A DNA stretch of 63,997 nt, the filler included, from Streblomastix strix (taxonomy: Eukaryota), in assembly GCA_008636045.1 (NCBI GenBank). It is 4 parts of 4 records of this genome, joined end to end, with 100 filler letters (N's around TTAATTAATTAA, not from the genome) between each part and the next. Parts side by side here need not be neighbours in the genome. Positions count along the whole stretch, not along the records: positions 32,632 to 48,842 come from SNRW01000858.1; positions 48,943 to 63,997 come from SNRW01001042.1; 2 more parts are not named here. One strand, written 5' to 3'. The notes below the pieces were generated by a model. That model was given only the letters and a program-made list of their open reading frames with translations. It was not told the origin of the DNA and searched no databases. This document shows, one piece after another, positions 40,801-53,829 of this stretch. The translations under genes and the position numbers were made by a program. Numbering within the stretch: the first letter of the stretch is position 1; each line of letters starts with the position of its first letter.

Positions 40801-42324
40801 AACTGTTGATGTTATACCTTACTTTATACTAATCATACTCTTACTATTAAATAATTCATAATTTTAAATCACAGTATTCTAAATTATCATCATTCCACCA
40901 TTCATTTCAATCAAAGAATGATAAATCTATGCATTATTGCTTCGATCAAATATACAATCTTTAATTGTTACTTCTGGATTTTAACTATCGCTAGTTTGCA
41001 ATATTTAGATGAGTGAAGCTGTCACAGTTGAAGATGGATCAAGATTATCAAAATGAAGCCCAAAGAGTTCAAGATGACTAATGTCAGTTATTGTGAATAG
41101 AGAACTGCTAAATGATGATGTTAAGATTGAATACTTTTAATACCCTGTTGGATTTGAGAAATATTCTTCAGATTGGATTATAATATTTATAGCTAAATTA
41201 GTACCTCTATCTAATGAAATGCCGGTTTGATCTGATGAACTAGATTTCAGGTTAATAATTGCACTGTTCAAATTTCTATCAAATCCAATTGATGGGTTAA
41301 TTGTAAGAATATGATTGATAGTTTTACAAGGTGATATAGATGAGCATAATGATCCAGAATCAATACCATTATCTCTTATATAGAATGTAATATCATCGTT
41401 GGATTACTTTTTCGATTAGATTAAACCAGAAGTATTAACCATGTAAAAGTTTATATCGGTCTTGCTTACATTTTATAGGTTTAATGGAGTATTATTAGTA
41501 TTGTTGAGTGTTGATGAACTAATTCCATTATCCTGAGTAATATCACTGGCAGCAGAAACATTGAATATACCACATATAGAGCTGAATACTAATAGATACA
41601 CTAGTAGGTTTATATTGTGATTATTCTTATTTATTTACTTTTAATGTCTGTGGATCTAAGCTTCAGTGCTCCAAATGAGATAAGAGAATAATGTATGAAT
41701 AAGAAAGTGAAGTAGAACAAGATAGGAAGATACTCCAAAGACTATATCTAATAAATTAGTGTTCAAAGATCTGAGCTGAGAATATTAGTTATCGATTTTA
41801 TTAGTTGAAATGCCATTGAAAGATGCAATGATACTTGAATCTGACTTATTGTTAGAAAGTACAGCTGATTCAATGCCATTCTCCGTGTTTTATTCCCCAA
41901 CTTTAACTTCAAAAGATTCTCGCGCCGTCGGAATCGTTGCTTTTCTACTGCATATGCTGACAAGTGGAGGAACTAATGATCGTAGTATTTAGCCTTCATA
42001 TATAACAACATCAGCAGAATCAAATGATCGATGCTGTGCTGTGTAGGTCTAAAAAAAGGATTTGTTGTTTAAATTAAGTTCAAGAAAATGGAAAGCACAT
42101 ACGTCTTTGCTTATCTGAGAATCTTTACAAAAATGAGATGTTGAGCACGATGATGTGAATAGAGCTTAATTTATCATCAATGACATTTGAGAATTCAGAA
42201 TTTGTTCATTTGCCGCGGATCCACAAGTTATGCAGACATTAGTTTCACTGAAAATGATTTAAGTACACTCATTAAGTTTAATTCGTTCAATAAGAATAAA
42301 CAGAAATATGTATAATTTGAGCAT
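37886..42324 (-). CDS. Large surface protein with GGAI/FxxC repeats (predicted beta-helix) and C-terminal TM; one frameshift near 38310
   Basis: Signal-like MLKLYIFLFILIE, intron 42049-42102, repeated GGAI..FxxC motifs, C-terminal LSGGAIAGIVIGAVVVIVAIVIIIVVVIYKKV*. Confidence 0.8.
39103..41121. repeat. Internal module duplication (39103-39180 similar to 41046-41121) in the surface protein
   Basis: Both copies encode TSSFSSSLFTI...SHLEL.GLHFDN; spacing about 1.94 kb. Confidence 0.8.
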
Positions 42325-42599
42325 TTTTGATTTTTGACGATCAGTACCATTGATTGTACATTTTAAAAACTAATCGTTAATAAAAATTGTATCTTAAATG
42401 CATTTTTTGTTTATTCATATTCACATAAACTAGTAAATTGAAATTTCTAACTTACATACTGATTCTGAGGATCTTCACTCTTTTAAACTTTTATACCTTT
42501 AAATTCAATGCAACTTACCAACTATATATTAATTTATTAATACTTAAACATGAATTATATAAAAAATCGAAAATGCTCAAATTATACATATTTCTGTTT
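42298..42599. repeat. 38-bp inverted repeat (1 mismatch): 42298-42335 and 42562-42599
   Basis: AAACAGAAATATGTATAATTTGAGCATTTTtGATTTTT pairs with AAAAATCgAAAATGCTCAAATTATACATATTTCTGTTT; 226-bp spacer. Confidence 0.92.
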
Positions 42600-42765
42600 T
42601 AGATAATAAATATAATCAATGTTATGAAATATAAATTGGTTTAATTTATTTCTGATGAGACTGTGATCAATTTTCATTTTTATTGAACTTGAAATGCTTT
42701 ACCCTCAAATCTAACGTTCATTGAATTTTCTTCCTTGTGTTTGATTTATCATTAATACTTCATAT

Positions 42766-44960
42766 TCACCATTATATAGCTTTTTCATTTGAAACAGTCG
42801 CTGATGTTGGTGCTGCAAGTTTTTTGAAGGAATGAATGATGCAAATTTGATTATTTATGTAAAAGTGAATCTTTACAAAATAAATATTAAAATTTAAAAT
42901 TATTAGTTTATTTCAAAAAGAAATAGCATCAACATACCATGAAACGAATTTTCTCTTTTATTCCACTTATATACACTGGTTGTTATTTACCATTAACAAA
43001 GAGTATCACAGTTCCTTTCTCAGAGTCATATTCCATCTTAATTATTTGATTTTAGGCAAAACCAGTGTTACCCTTTGTTTCAATTCCTTTATAATAGACA
43101 TTTCCATTATAACCCGCTCTATTTAAGTAAATAGTAAATAAATTTTATAAACAATTAATGAATTAAATATACTGAATTGTAAAGACAGCAATATGTTGGT
43201 TGTCTAATAAATGATAATTAATTTAATAAGAAAATTTTTGAATAAAAAACAATAACGCAAACGTGGTGAACTTGTTGGATATGTGCCAGCAGGAACTGTA
43301 TATGAATCACGTACAATTCCAACGCCTATTTATTTATTTATTAAAATTAAATATTTAAATTAATAAGTGAATGCAAACATTCATATCCATTGAATGTATT
43401 GAGAAATTCAGCTTCAACACTATAGACTCCATTTTCTAGTACTGGATTTAATGATATTGTATTATGCTTAGTTTATTTCTTACTTATTTTTAATTTCCCG
43501 TTTGCTTCAGTTGTTGAAACAATATCATCAGTATCTTAGCTGATGGCAGATATTTAAAGATCTAAGAAATAAAATTATTATTATTTTGATAAGTTGATTA
43601 AGATTAATAATAATAATTAAACTTTGTGGTAACTTTATTTTCAATTTTTCAATTTTCACTTTTTGTTTTGCAGTTTCTTCTTTCAGTTTCCTGTTTTCTT
43701 CTTAATCACGACGATGTTCATCTTCTAATCTTTTTGTTGTTTCTTCCAATTGTTTATTTTTCTCCTCCAATTCATGAATCTTATCACAATCTTATTTCGA
43801 ACTCGAAGATGATGAAGAACTTACTCCATAACCAATCAATAAGCACAAAATGTTCTTAGCGGAATTTTTGAGTTAATTTACTCCTTTTGATTTCAATTCT
43901 TCTAACATGGGTATCAAGAATGAAAGAGGTTGCAATTCTTATTCATCGCATGTTGTTAACACTTTCAATACAATTTCTAAAAGATTCAATTTCACATGAA
44001 CTGCAGTTCCTTATTATTCTTATTATTAAGATGATTGTTTTTCTTTTAAAGATTCATTCTTCTCAATATTATCAATTGATAGAGTGTGTTGAACCATTCC
44101 AAGAAATCCTGTTGATAATAATGAAGATCTGACAGAATTATCTTTAATAAGACCTTAAAGAACTTGGCAAGCTGAATTTGATCTATCTTCATCTAATGAC
44201 TAAATAGTGAAAAATAAATATTAAAAACATAATCAAAAATATAATCAAAAATACATGAATCATTTGAAGGAGCGGTTGAATTGCTGCATTCATTCGAATT
44301 GATTAATCTGAAATTTTGTCATATACACTAATTACATGCAATATTGTACTGCTTATAACCTTATTTTTAAAAAAGGAATTAATAATATATAAATAAATCA
44401 TAAAACAGTAAAACAAACGAATTTCTCATCGGATTCCTTCAAGCTAAGAAACTTCTTAAGTATTTCGGGTATTCCTTGCGAATAAAATTCATCAAGACAT
44501 TCAGGGCCTGAATAATTCATAATATGATAATTATTATAATATAGGTTGTTATATATAATTTAAATTTATCAACCTTTCAATACGATATTAAGAAGGCGTT
44601 TCATAGCAGGAAGATGAAATTAATTATTTGTAGACTTGAGATCTAGAGCAAGTAGAGGAATAATTTCCTAATAAAAGAAAATAATGGTTTAATATATCAA
44701 AGAATATATAAAAATGACTAACAATGGTATCCGCTTCGTCATCGGGTGTGTATGGTTTGCTTCTTGCACTGCACTAAGTTTATTCACCCAGTCTAGTAGA
44801 TTAATTCATCTAAGAATAAAAAAAAAGAAAATAACTGAAAATAGATTATATGAAAAGAAAATTATTAAATAACAAATGATTATAATAATTTTATTATGGA
44901 TGCTTTAAATAAAATATTAATTGAAGTTGAAATTAGTCAAGGCCAGCAAGTTATGCATGG
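42766..44960 (-). CDS. Multi-intron protein: helical/ARM-like region, coiled coil, C-terminal SPRY-like domain (start uncertain)
   Basis: TISLNPVLENGVYSVEAEF, GVGIVRDSY, IKMEYDSEKGTVILFVNGKQQPVYISGI and KAIQW* (TGA at 42766-42768). Confidence 0.6.
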
Positions 44961-45611
44961 TTTAAAAGAATTTAATATTGAATGCATTGTTTTGGCTGTA
45001 ATGAATGGAAACTAATTTAATTTTTGTAAAATTGTTAATTAAATATTGTGATAAATTCAATAATATTTTATATAAATTTATGATATCTATCTATTGTAGT
45101 AAAAAACAGATTTATTTACTAATTCGGTTAAAATTGGGTTAATTAGATAATATTTAGAAAATAATGAAATAAATTACAAGATTAAAGCAGTTCTAAAGGA
45201 GAAGGATAGAATTTATGTTAACGGTCTGGCTGTGAAATCTGTTTCAAACTGATAAATTGAAAACTTCGCCTAATCATAATCAATGTTCAATTCATTACTT
45301 CTTACCAAACATGTATTAAAATATTAATACTTAAACATTAATTAAATAAAAAATACTATTTTTGCATTCAGGTTCATCAATGTGATCTCGTCAAAATATC
45401 TCAAAGAAAATCATAAAATACTCTACGGGCGATTATTTATTATCTACATTAAATTTATTTTTGCCATTTATAAATGCAATAAACTTAAATATGATAATTT
45501 TGATTAATTATGTTCTGCGAACATGCCACAATTAAGAACTCACAAAATAACTAATTAAATTTCGTTTTTCTATTTTGGTTGATATTATTTTTTACTTAAT
45601 TTTATAATCAG

Positions 45612-48600
45612 ATGCCGGAGAGAATTGTTATTCACCAGATTGACGTTGAGAACTTCAAGTCGTACCTTGGCAGACACACGATTGGACCTTTCAACACAGT
45701 TCGCTAAATTTTATAATTTTATTTCACATTTTTACATTTATCACAGTCTTTCTCATGCATTATAGGACCTAATGGAAGTGGTAAATCCAACATCATAGAT
45801 GCACTGCTGTTCGTCTTCGGGTTCAAGGCGCGGAACATGAGAATGAAAAAAGTGGAAGAATTGATATATACTGGAAAAGGGAAAGAAGGAGTTTTAGAAG
45901 CGACGGTGACTATCCACTTTGTTCGCACCGTATATTCGGTATTCATATAACATAATGACATATAAATCTATATAATTAAATGTAATGTATTTAATACTAC
46001 TTACAGAGTGGAGCACCACGTGCGAAATACATTAGAGAAACACACTTCACAGTGAGCAGGACAGTTCGAAGAGGGAAATAGATACAGTCAACATACAGAG
46101 TGAATGATAAAGTGAGTACATTGGAGAATATCACGAAATTACTGAAAGAAACACACAACTTTGATGTAAGGAATAACCGATTCATGATTTTATAAGGAGA
46201 AGTTGAAGCTATTGCAACGATGAAAGCTAAAGGCAACTAAGTGACAAAAGAAGAAGGACTTCTTGAATTCATAGAAGGAATGATTGGAACAGATGTATAT
46301 ATAGAATCTATAGAGTAATGTGAGAAGGAACTTGAAGTTATGATGGAGGATCGATAAAGTAAACTATTTGCAGCAAGAGTTGTGCAAGGCGAAAGGACTG
46401 CATTAGCACCAGGTAGAAATGAAGCACTTATTTACTTGGAGAAATAGAAAGAACTTGTTGAGCATAAAGGAAGATTGTATATATACCATATGAATGAAGA
46501 AGAAGAAGAATAAGAGAGAATTGAATAAGAAGTTGAAGAATGTATTTAGAAATTGGAAGAATTGAAAGAATAAGTAAAAGAACTTAAAGTATAGAAAGCT
46601 AAGACTAATAAAGAATATGAAGGAAAAAAGAAGCAATATGATGCGAGTGAAATACAACAGAAGAAAATCAAAGATGAAATGATGAAAGTGACGAATTAAA
46701 GCTCAGAATGCGATAATGAGATGAAAGAATCAGAGAAATTGATCGTTAAATTGGGAAAAGAGATCCAAAAATTAGAAAAAGCGCGCGATGGAGCAGAAAG
46801 TGAGTTGAAAACAGATCGTGAGACTGCAGAACAACTGGACAAGTAATTAGAAGAGAAGAATAAAGTACTCCAAGACTTATAATCTGAGATGAAGAGCGTA
46901 TAGAGTCGAGTTAAAGGAGAGACGGCAGTTGTATTGAAAGAATTAAACAGTAAGAAAACAGAACTTCGAAGTGCAGAATCTTGAGTGTAACGTGCAGAAG
47001 ATGCAGTTGCAATGGCACAGATGGAATTAGACAGTCTGAGGAACACAGCGAATGAGAAACTTGATGTGAGAACGAATGTAGCAGCAGAAGAATTCAAAAG
47101 GAGATCACATGATCGAGATTCATGTTAATAAAGATTTGAATTAGTTAATTAATTAATTGAATAGAGGAAAGAATAATCAAATAAGAACAGAGCTGAAATG
47201 GATCAAGTTTTGTAGAATGAAAGACAAGTTCGTGATAAATGTGGATCGATTCAGATTAGAATGGATTAATATTAAGAACAATTAAGAGCAAGTAAAGAAG
47301 GCGAATAAGATCGAGCTCTTGATATACTGCAAGATTCTAAGAATAATGGACAGATAAGTGGATTTTATGGAAGATTGGGAACTCTTGGTAAATTAGTATC
47401 TGATTAATTTGAAACAGCAGTTGTAGAGGCAACAGGAGGTCAAAAGGGAGCTTTGAGGAACTTTGTTGTTCAGACGAAAGAAGATGCAAACCGATGCATA
47501 AGAATCTTGAAAGATAATAAAATTGCGCCTGAAAGATTCTCTGTTCTGAATGTGATGCAATAATAGTTTGAGAAAGAAAGATAAGAATCATTGAGTGATT
47601 AAGGATTGAAGATTGCAGTTCAATCTGCTTTGGATTTGAAAGAGAAGATAAATAATAATAAATAATAATAAAAAGGATCAAATCGATCGAATAAGAATAA
47701 TGAAAGAGAATAAGAATAAGATTATGAATCTGAGATACCTGCACATGGACTTCATTTACTTACTCTGATTGAACCAGATGATTAACAATTCTTACCTGCA
47801 TTTGGAGCCGCTCTTAGAAACACACTTCTTGGATCACAATAGAATGCTCGTGAATTGGCAGTTCCCAGGAAATAACAGAACTAATAAAGAGGTTAATAAT
47901 AATATCAATAATATTCTAATTATGAATAAAGAAGAAGAGTAGTTACACTATCTGGTATGGTTATAGAGACATCTGGTGCAATTTCAGGAGGTGGAGTGAA
48001 TTAAAGGAATTAATAATAATAGAATCAATAATAAAGAGGAAGGTATGGAAAAGGATAATAATAATAATAATAATAAAATGATCAATAAGGATAGAAATCA
48101 GGAATTGGACAATCATTCAGTAGAATTGTAATAACCGATGAATAAAGAGTATAATTTAACAGAGATTCAGAAGAAATGAAGAAATTATCAAGTGAATTGG
48201 ATGAAATAATCAGAAGAAGAGAAAGAATTGAATCTGAATTAAGAAAAGATGAAGGAAATATTCGAGGAATTGGAAGAGGTAATTAATAAGGAAGAAAAGG
48301 ATAATAATAATCTAATCAATCTGATCAGAATTTGAATGAAATGGGATTATCATAACTTTAGAGTGAATAAAGTGGATTAAAGAATGAGATCAAGTCAATA
48401 ACTAATGAATTGTTTCGATTGGAGACGAAAATGAGCCAATTTGAAGAAACTATTCAAAAAGAGAAATAAGAAGCTATAGAATCTGGATAGAAAGCGAAAG
48501 AAGAGATGGAAAAGACACAGAAATAGTTGAATGAAGCTAAAAAATCATCAAATGAACTTATTAAGATTCGAGATGTATTATCAAAAGAAGTTTAGTAACT

Positions 48601-48842
48601 TCAGAACAAAGTGGATAAAACGGGAGGGGATGATGTAACACGTTTGAGATCAGAGATTGATTCAACAAGTTTATTAGTTGATTCACTTCGGAAGTAGAAA
48701 GCTCTTCAGAAGACATCAGCTGGTTAGAATGAAAAGCGAGTTCAGTAGTTGGAGCAGAAGTTGAAGAAGAGTCGTGAGGAATTATAAGAGAATCAGGAGA
48801 ATATTGAAGAAATGACAAAGAAGAAGGAAGAATGTGAGAAAA
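45612..48842 (+). CDS. SMC4: Condensin subunit SMC4 (3'-partial; one in-frame TGA)
   Basis: ENFKSYLGRHTIGPF, IIGPNGSGKSNIIDALLFVFGFKA, NNRFMILQGEVEAIA, GLLEFIEGMIGT, hinge GFYGRLGTLG and RVVTLSGMVIETSGAISGGG. Introns 45699-45746 and 45930-46006. Confidence 0.93.
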
Positions 48843-48942
48843 NNNNNNNNNNNNNNNNNNNNNNNNNNNNNNNNNNNNNNNNNNNNTTAATTAATTAANN
48901 NNNNNNNNNNNNNNNNNNNNNNNNNNNNNNNNNNNNNNNNNN
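48843..48942. other. Artificial contig linker
   Basis: N44-TTAATTAATTAA-N44. Confidence 0.97.
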
Positions 48943-50911
48943 GTGCTGGCTCACATAGAAAACTCGGAACTTAGTATAGTTTTGTGAAATCAATCAAGCT
49001 TGATGTATGGAAGCTGGCAGAGGCGAAGCAGATGACGATTGGAAATTTAGAAAGTAATAACTATTTTGAAGCCAATCTGCCTGATGGAATCTAACGCCCA
49101 ACACACGAAGATGATTAATCGTTTGAGAATTTATAACATATTCAAAAAATATTTAATCATTATAATTACAATTTTGTTTAATTAAGCATTAGAGAGAAAT
49201 TTGTGAAAGATAAATATCAGCGAAAACTTTGGATTTCAAAAGTTTATTTTCTGTTAATATTGATTCTTATTTTTTTCAAATATAATTATTATATTTACAA
49301 ATTAAATTTATTTATCAGAACAAACCACCTCCAGACCCGCCAGAAATAACTGAACCAATCAAACCAAAGGACTCGATCGATATTCAGAAAATAAAGGAAT
49401 AAAATGAAGCACCAAAAACTATTGTTGTACTGGAAACTACAAAAGTTACTGAACATATAGAACCATTTTCTCCAAGAAAACTCAAAGGGAAACATCATAA
49501 AGAGAATATCGATAAAATTGACAAAATTGACAAAATTGATTCAAACTCAAAATAAGATTCAAATAAATAATATCAATAATAAATACAATAATAATAATAA
49601 TAATATCAGCAACCTGCATTTCTTCAGACACATGCTACAAACACGAATATCTCTTTCTTTGAGTAACCATCAGCTACTGTTCAAGCTGTGATGCTTGCTA
49701 ATACGGATCCACATATGCATTACACATCATAATAATAATAAATATAATAATAACAATAATAACAATAATAATAATATCAATCAGAGCCTCAACTCCTTCA
49801 AATGCCAACCTCCAGTCACAATCATATTCTTCCAATGTTCTACCAGTATCAGCAAATCCAGGCTCAATAACCACAAATACAGCACATTCGTCCAATATCA
49901 ATACTTCCTCCGCCAATTAAACCGCTTCAGTTCAATGCGCCACCATAAGTTATGAATTAGATAAACAATAATGCTTTAGATATAAATAATGCTTTGAATA
50001 CTAATAATTAGAATAATGCAATTAATTAGAATAATCAGTCATAAGGATAAGATCAGTAATAATAATAAGTAGTAACAAATTCTAATATTGAGAGTCAGAA
50101 GTAAAACACTCAATTAAGTCCTGAAAAAACGTAATAATCAGTTAATAATCAACAAGTATTGAATGAACGAATGCATCCACAGTAATATTCAGATACTATT
50201 TAATAACATGATCTGCTCAAATTTGAGAAAAATCAATAATCTCTTCCTTAAGTAAATTCATCTTCAAATATAACTCAATCTGAATAAAGAACAATATCTC
50301 ATGTTCCAATACAAACTCAACAAAAAGAAATAATATACAATGCATTCCAATAGTAACAGCAACATTTCATTCAGAAACAAACACTTATTTAATCTTCACA
50401 TCTAAAAGAGAGTGATTATAACCGAGTTATTGTAAGACTGAATGTTGGTGGAACTTAGTTCTGGACGTAACTTACAACTCTTGATTATGCTCCATAAACT
50501 TCTCTGTTGTATAATCTAGGCAAACATATTAAATAGAATGGAATAATTGTGCATTTAACTGATAACGATATCTAAAGTAATTAAAATGTGAGATAAGATG
50601 ATTCTTATGATGGAATTGTTGATTTTCCTGAATTTCAGCCATTCATAACACTTCCAATAAATACATCCGAGGTTAATTTTCTCCAAAATCCGTCACAGCA
50701 TAAATAATCTCGCGCACTTCTGACAAACACTCTTTTCCTTGACCGCGACCCAATCCTCTTCCGTTTCATACTCAATAATCTGAGAGATGCTCAACAGACA
50801 GTATTAGATTAAGGTCATCAATAGGCTGCTTCTACATAAGGAAGCGGAGGAGTTATAGCATGCACTCAGGCGCAGTTGCAAGTAGAAATGTAGTTTTTCG
50901 GACTTAAATGA
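48943..50911 (+). CDS. ArfGAP domain + polyQ linker + KCTD/T1-type BTB domain (5'-partial)
   Basis: (C)AGSHRKLGTQYSFVKSIKLDVW..NNYFEANLP..REKFVKDKY, then VRLNVGGTQFWTQLTTL, FLDRDPILFRFILNNLR and EMQFFGLK*. Introns 49121-49186 and 49242-49318 keep one frame. Confidence 0.85.
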
Positions 50912-51339
50912 GGGTAGATTGTATATATTTTTAATTTGTTTAATTTTTAAACTTTCATATTTATAAAATTTTGTTGAAATAAATCTTAATTGACAAAGTA
51001 AAATTTTTCATTAATTTTGCAACAAGTTTTTCTCGTCTGCTGTATTTATCTTCAAAGCATTTCTACTACCAATCAGTTATATACCAACGAACTTTTAAGT
51101 TAATTTGATTTGTTTTTTATATTTTTATTTATTAATAAATTGAAAATAAAGAAATTAAAGAATAAAAAAAAGCCGCGCAAAAAGTATATTAAAAAAGTGA
51201 AGCCATCAGTGGAGCCAGTAGTAGAGCCAATAATTGAGCCAGTGATGGAGCCATAAGTGGTACCTGTTGTGGAGCCAGCCGCAGGCGGAGGTCGGAAGAC
51301 CGACCAAGTGGAAGCTCCAAAATAAGGAAGACCTAGCCA

Positions 51340-52323
51340 CTTATTTAAAACTATAAACTCATATTTAGTTAATGTGCCATATAGTAATAAAAATTCTTCG
51401 AAGTCCAAGCCCTAAATACTATTCTCCTCATATACTTATTTTAAATCACTCTCGCCCAGATTAACGCCTAAACAATTGACGTGTGATAATATGCGAGCTG
51501 TCCTAAATAAATAACTGGGCTATTAAGCTATAAAGAATATGGTATTTTTACTATGGCGTAAATCATTAACCAAATGGGTAATGGTCTTAGATAATGAACA
51601 ACTAAACATTGTATATCAGCATTGGAACCTATATCATCAAACAGCATCATAGTATTCAGTAGCTGGGCATCTTTTAATATAGGAATTTTTAATATTTTTA
51701 TGTCTGCTGTTTATTTATCGTCTATGACTTTCAATTTCTTTTGATAGCTTACGTTCTAAATTAATGCTGGAATTTTGAACCGCAAAATTTCAAAAGATTA
51801 TGAATATTTATTTATGGTCACTATTATTGTTGATTAAAATAGTTCGGCAATTCTTACTATATATTAGTTTGATTTTTCTTCCCTTTTTGTTCGATTTGGT
51901 TCTATTATTTTCTCTTTCATTCGTTTAATAAAATCGCTATTTTAATCAAAATTTTATTCGCGCAGCTTTTAATAAATATACACTTCTTTAGTGCTATATT
52001 TTATCTCGACAAACTCTGGCAAAAAAAACCATAGCCTCGCCATATGTTATTTTCACTATTTATATTTCAGTACTATTCAAATTTAACGCCATAATTTCAT
52101 CCGCCCCAAAATTAGAGAAATAAATAATATATGGATCAATGATTTTTTTATACATAACAATCAGCTTGGACATTAGCGTTGTTTTACCTGAGCCAACAGC
52201 TCCAACGATATAGTGGTTGCCATTGACGGGGAACAACGAATTTTTAGTAAGTGGCTGCGTTTTATATTCGTTCAATAAATCTTAGTTCGCAAATTATATA
52301 TTTTGTAAATCTGAAAGAGTCAT
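51340..52323 (-). pseudogene. A32-like DNA packaging ATPase (frameshifted)
   Basis: Walker A HYIVGAVGSGKT (52180-52203), Walker B MMLFDD (51633-51650), and NDLRHSKNTIFFIAQ (Arg finger plus sensor Gln). The motifs are not all in the same frame. Confidence 0.85.
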
Positions 52324-52556
52324 TTTTATTAGAATAAAATGTTTCTAAGCTAATGCAACATTTTGAATTTGATTATGGCCTCCAAGTTCTATATATTTTA
52401 TGGCATAAATTTTGTAATATCTATTTAATCCGTTTTCATCCCTGATAATTTAACTGATACAGTTAATTTAATTAAATATTTATAAGGGTTTTTGGATATT
52501 GTATCTGTTTCCCTTAATATTACAATTTATATAATATATTTTTTTATAGAAGAAAA

Positions 52557-52727
52557 ATGAAGAACAATTAAAGATCATTCATTGGAATAAATTAACGGAG
52601 TAATAAATTGAGGCATTTCTGAACGAAGCAATAACAACTAAAGATTTTGAATTAGCGCAGCACTGGCGATATATATTATATTTGAAGATGTTGAATTCAC
52701 CCCAGACTGACAAATAACAAGTTTGAA
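52557..52727 (+). CDS. Small (56-aa) element-encoded hypothetical protein
   Basis: MKNNQKIIHWNKLTEQQIEAFLNEAITTKDFELAQHWRYILYLKML...*. Confidence 0.4.
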
Positions 52728-52816
52728 ATTATTATTTCTAATTTTTTTATCTACCTATAAAAGACAAATCAATTTGAAAAACTGGAATTCTATCTAAACT
52801 AAGACCAAGTAAAAAA

Positions 52817-53400
52817 ATGACGGACAACTAATATAACAAATCAACAGCATATATATAATTTAACGAACTCCGTTTATGGAACCTGTAATTTTATCAATTA
52901 ACCAAAGTCAAAAACAGCGATTATACATATTATAGGAAATTAAAATGGTATTGGAAAAATAACGAAAAATATATATTCGTTAATGATACAAATAATAATG
53001 AATAGAAAATAAGCATAATACAAATCATATAATCAAATCATAAAAGGAAATCAATTAATGAAGTCATCAATGAATATACCGAAGATGAATCATACGGGAT
53101 ACGAATATTTTATTTTAATATAAATGAACCAAATTTATTAATTAGCCACAAATTTCGGCTTATAATATAACACTACGGATTATGAGATATTTAAAAAATT
53201 TGAAACATTAATAGAAAATAATAATCTGAATGAAGAGGAAAAATAAACATATCAGTAATTCAAAAATCACTATACATTCATTGAGCGCGTAAATGATAAA
53301 ACTGATGAAATCATAAAATATATCCAATATCTCAATTTGCTTATGAAGTTAAATTAAGTTGGTAATAATGGACCAAGCAACTATTTTTTGCGTCATTTAT
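52817..53400 (+). pseudogene. Element-encoded hypothetical ORF, frameshifted
   Basis: MTDNQYNKSTAYIQFNELRLWNLQFYQL... is disrupted near 53180; end approximate. Confidence 0.35.
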
Positions 53401-53829
53401 AAAATCAATATATATTTATTTCTCTGTTTCATTAGCTTCGGAAATAATATTTTTTTTGATTTACAGGGGCCGATTATTTTAATCTAATTGCTTTTTTTTA
53501 TTTAACTGCATTTATTTTTAAAATATTTCATATGTTCATTAAATAATTTATTTTTATATTCTTCTTCATTGATATATTATTTTATGCTTTAAAATTTATT
53601 TTATAAATTTAGAAATTATTTATTTATCCTCAGTAATTCTTTCAAAAGTGGATGCATTTGTTCTTTATTATCTTTGATAAGTAAATTATTTATTGCGTCA
53701 ATGGCTACCTTTATCGTATCCTCATTTTCAAAATAACATTTAACAAGTTCATTAAAAAAGTTATTTTATAGGCTTAACCGAAGGGTCGAGTGAAGCGAAA
53801 GACATTTAATATAAAAATAAAATAAAATT

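Noticed and set aside
41601..41638. Possible 38-nt GT-AG intron creating a split ATG
   Set aside because: The frame is already continuous through this stretch without splicing; removing it would shift the frame.
46982..46984. Selenocysteine codon in SMC4
   Set aside because: Coiled-coil position with no redox or Cys context, and no SECIS can be assessed because the 3' end is missing.
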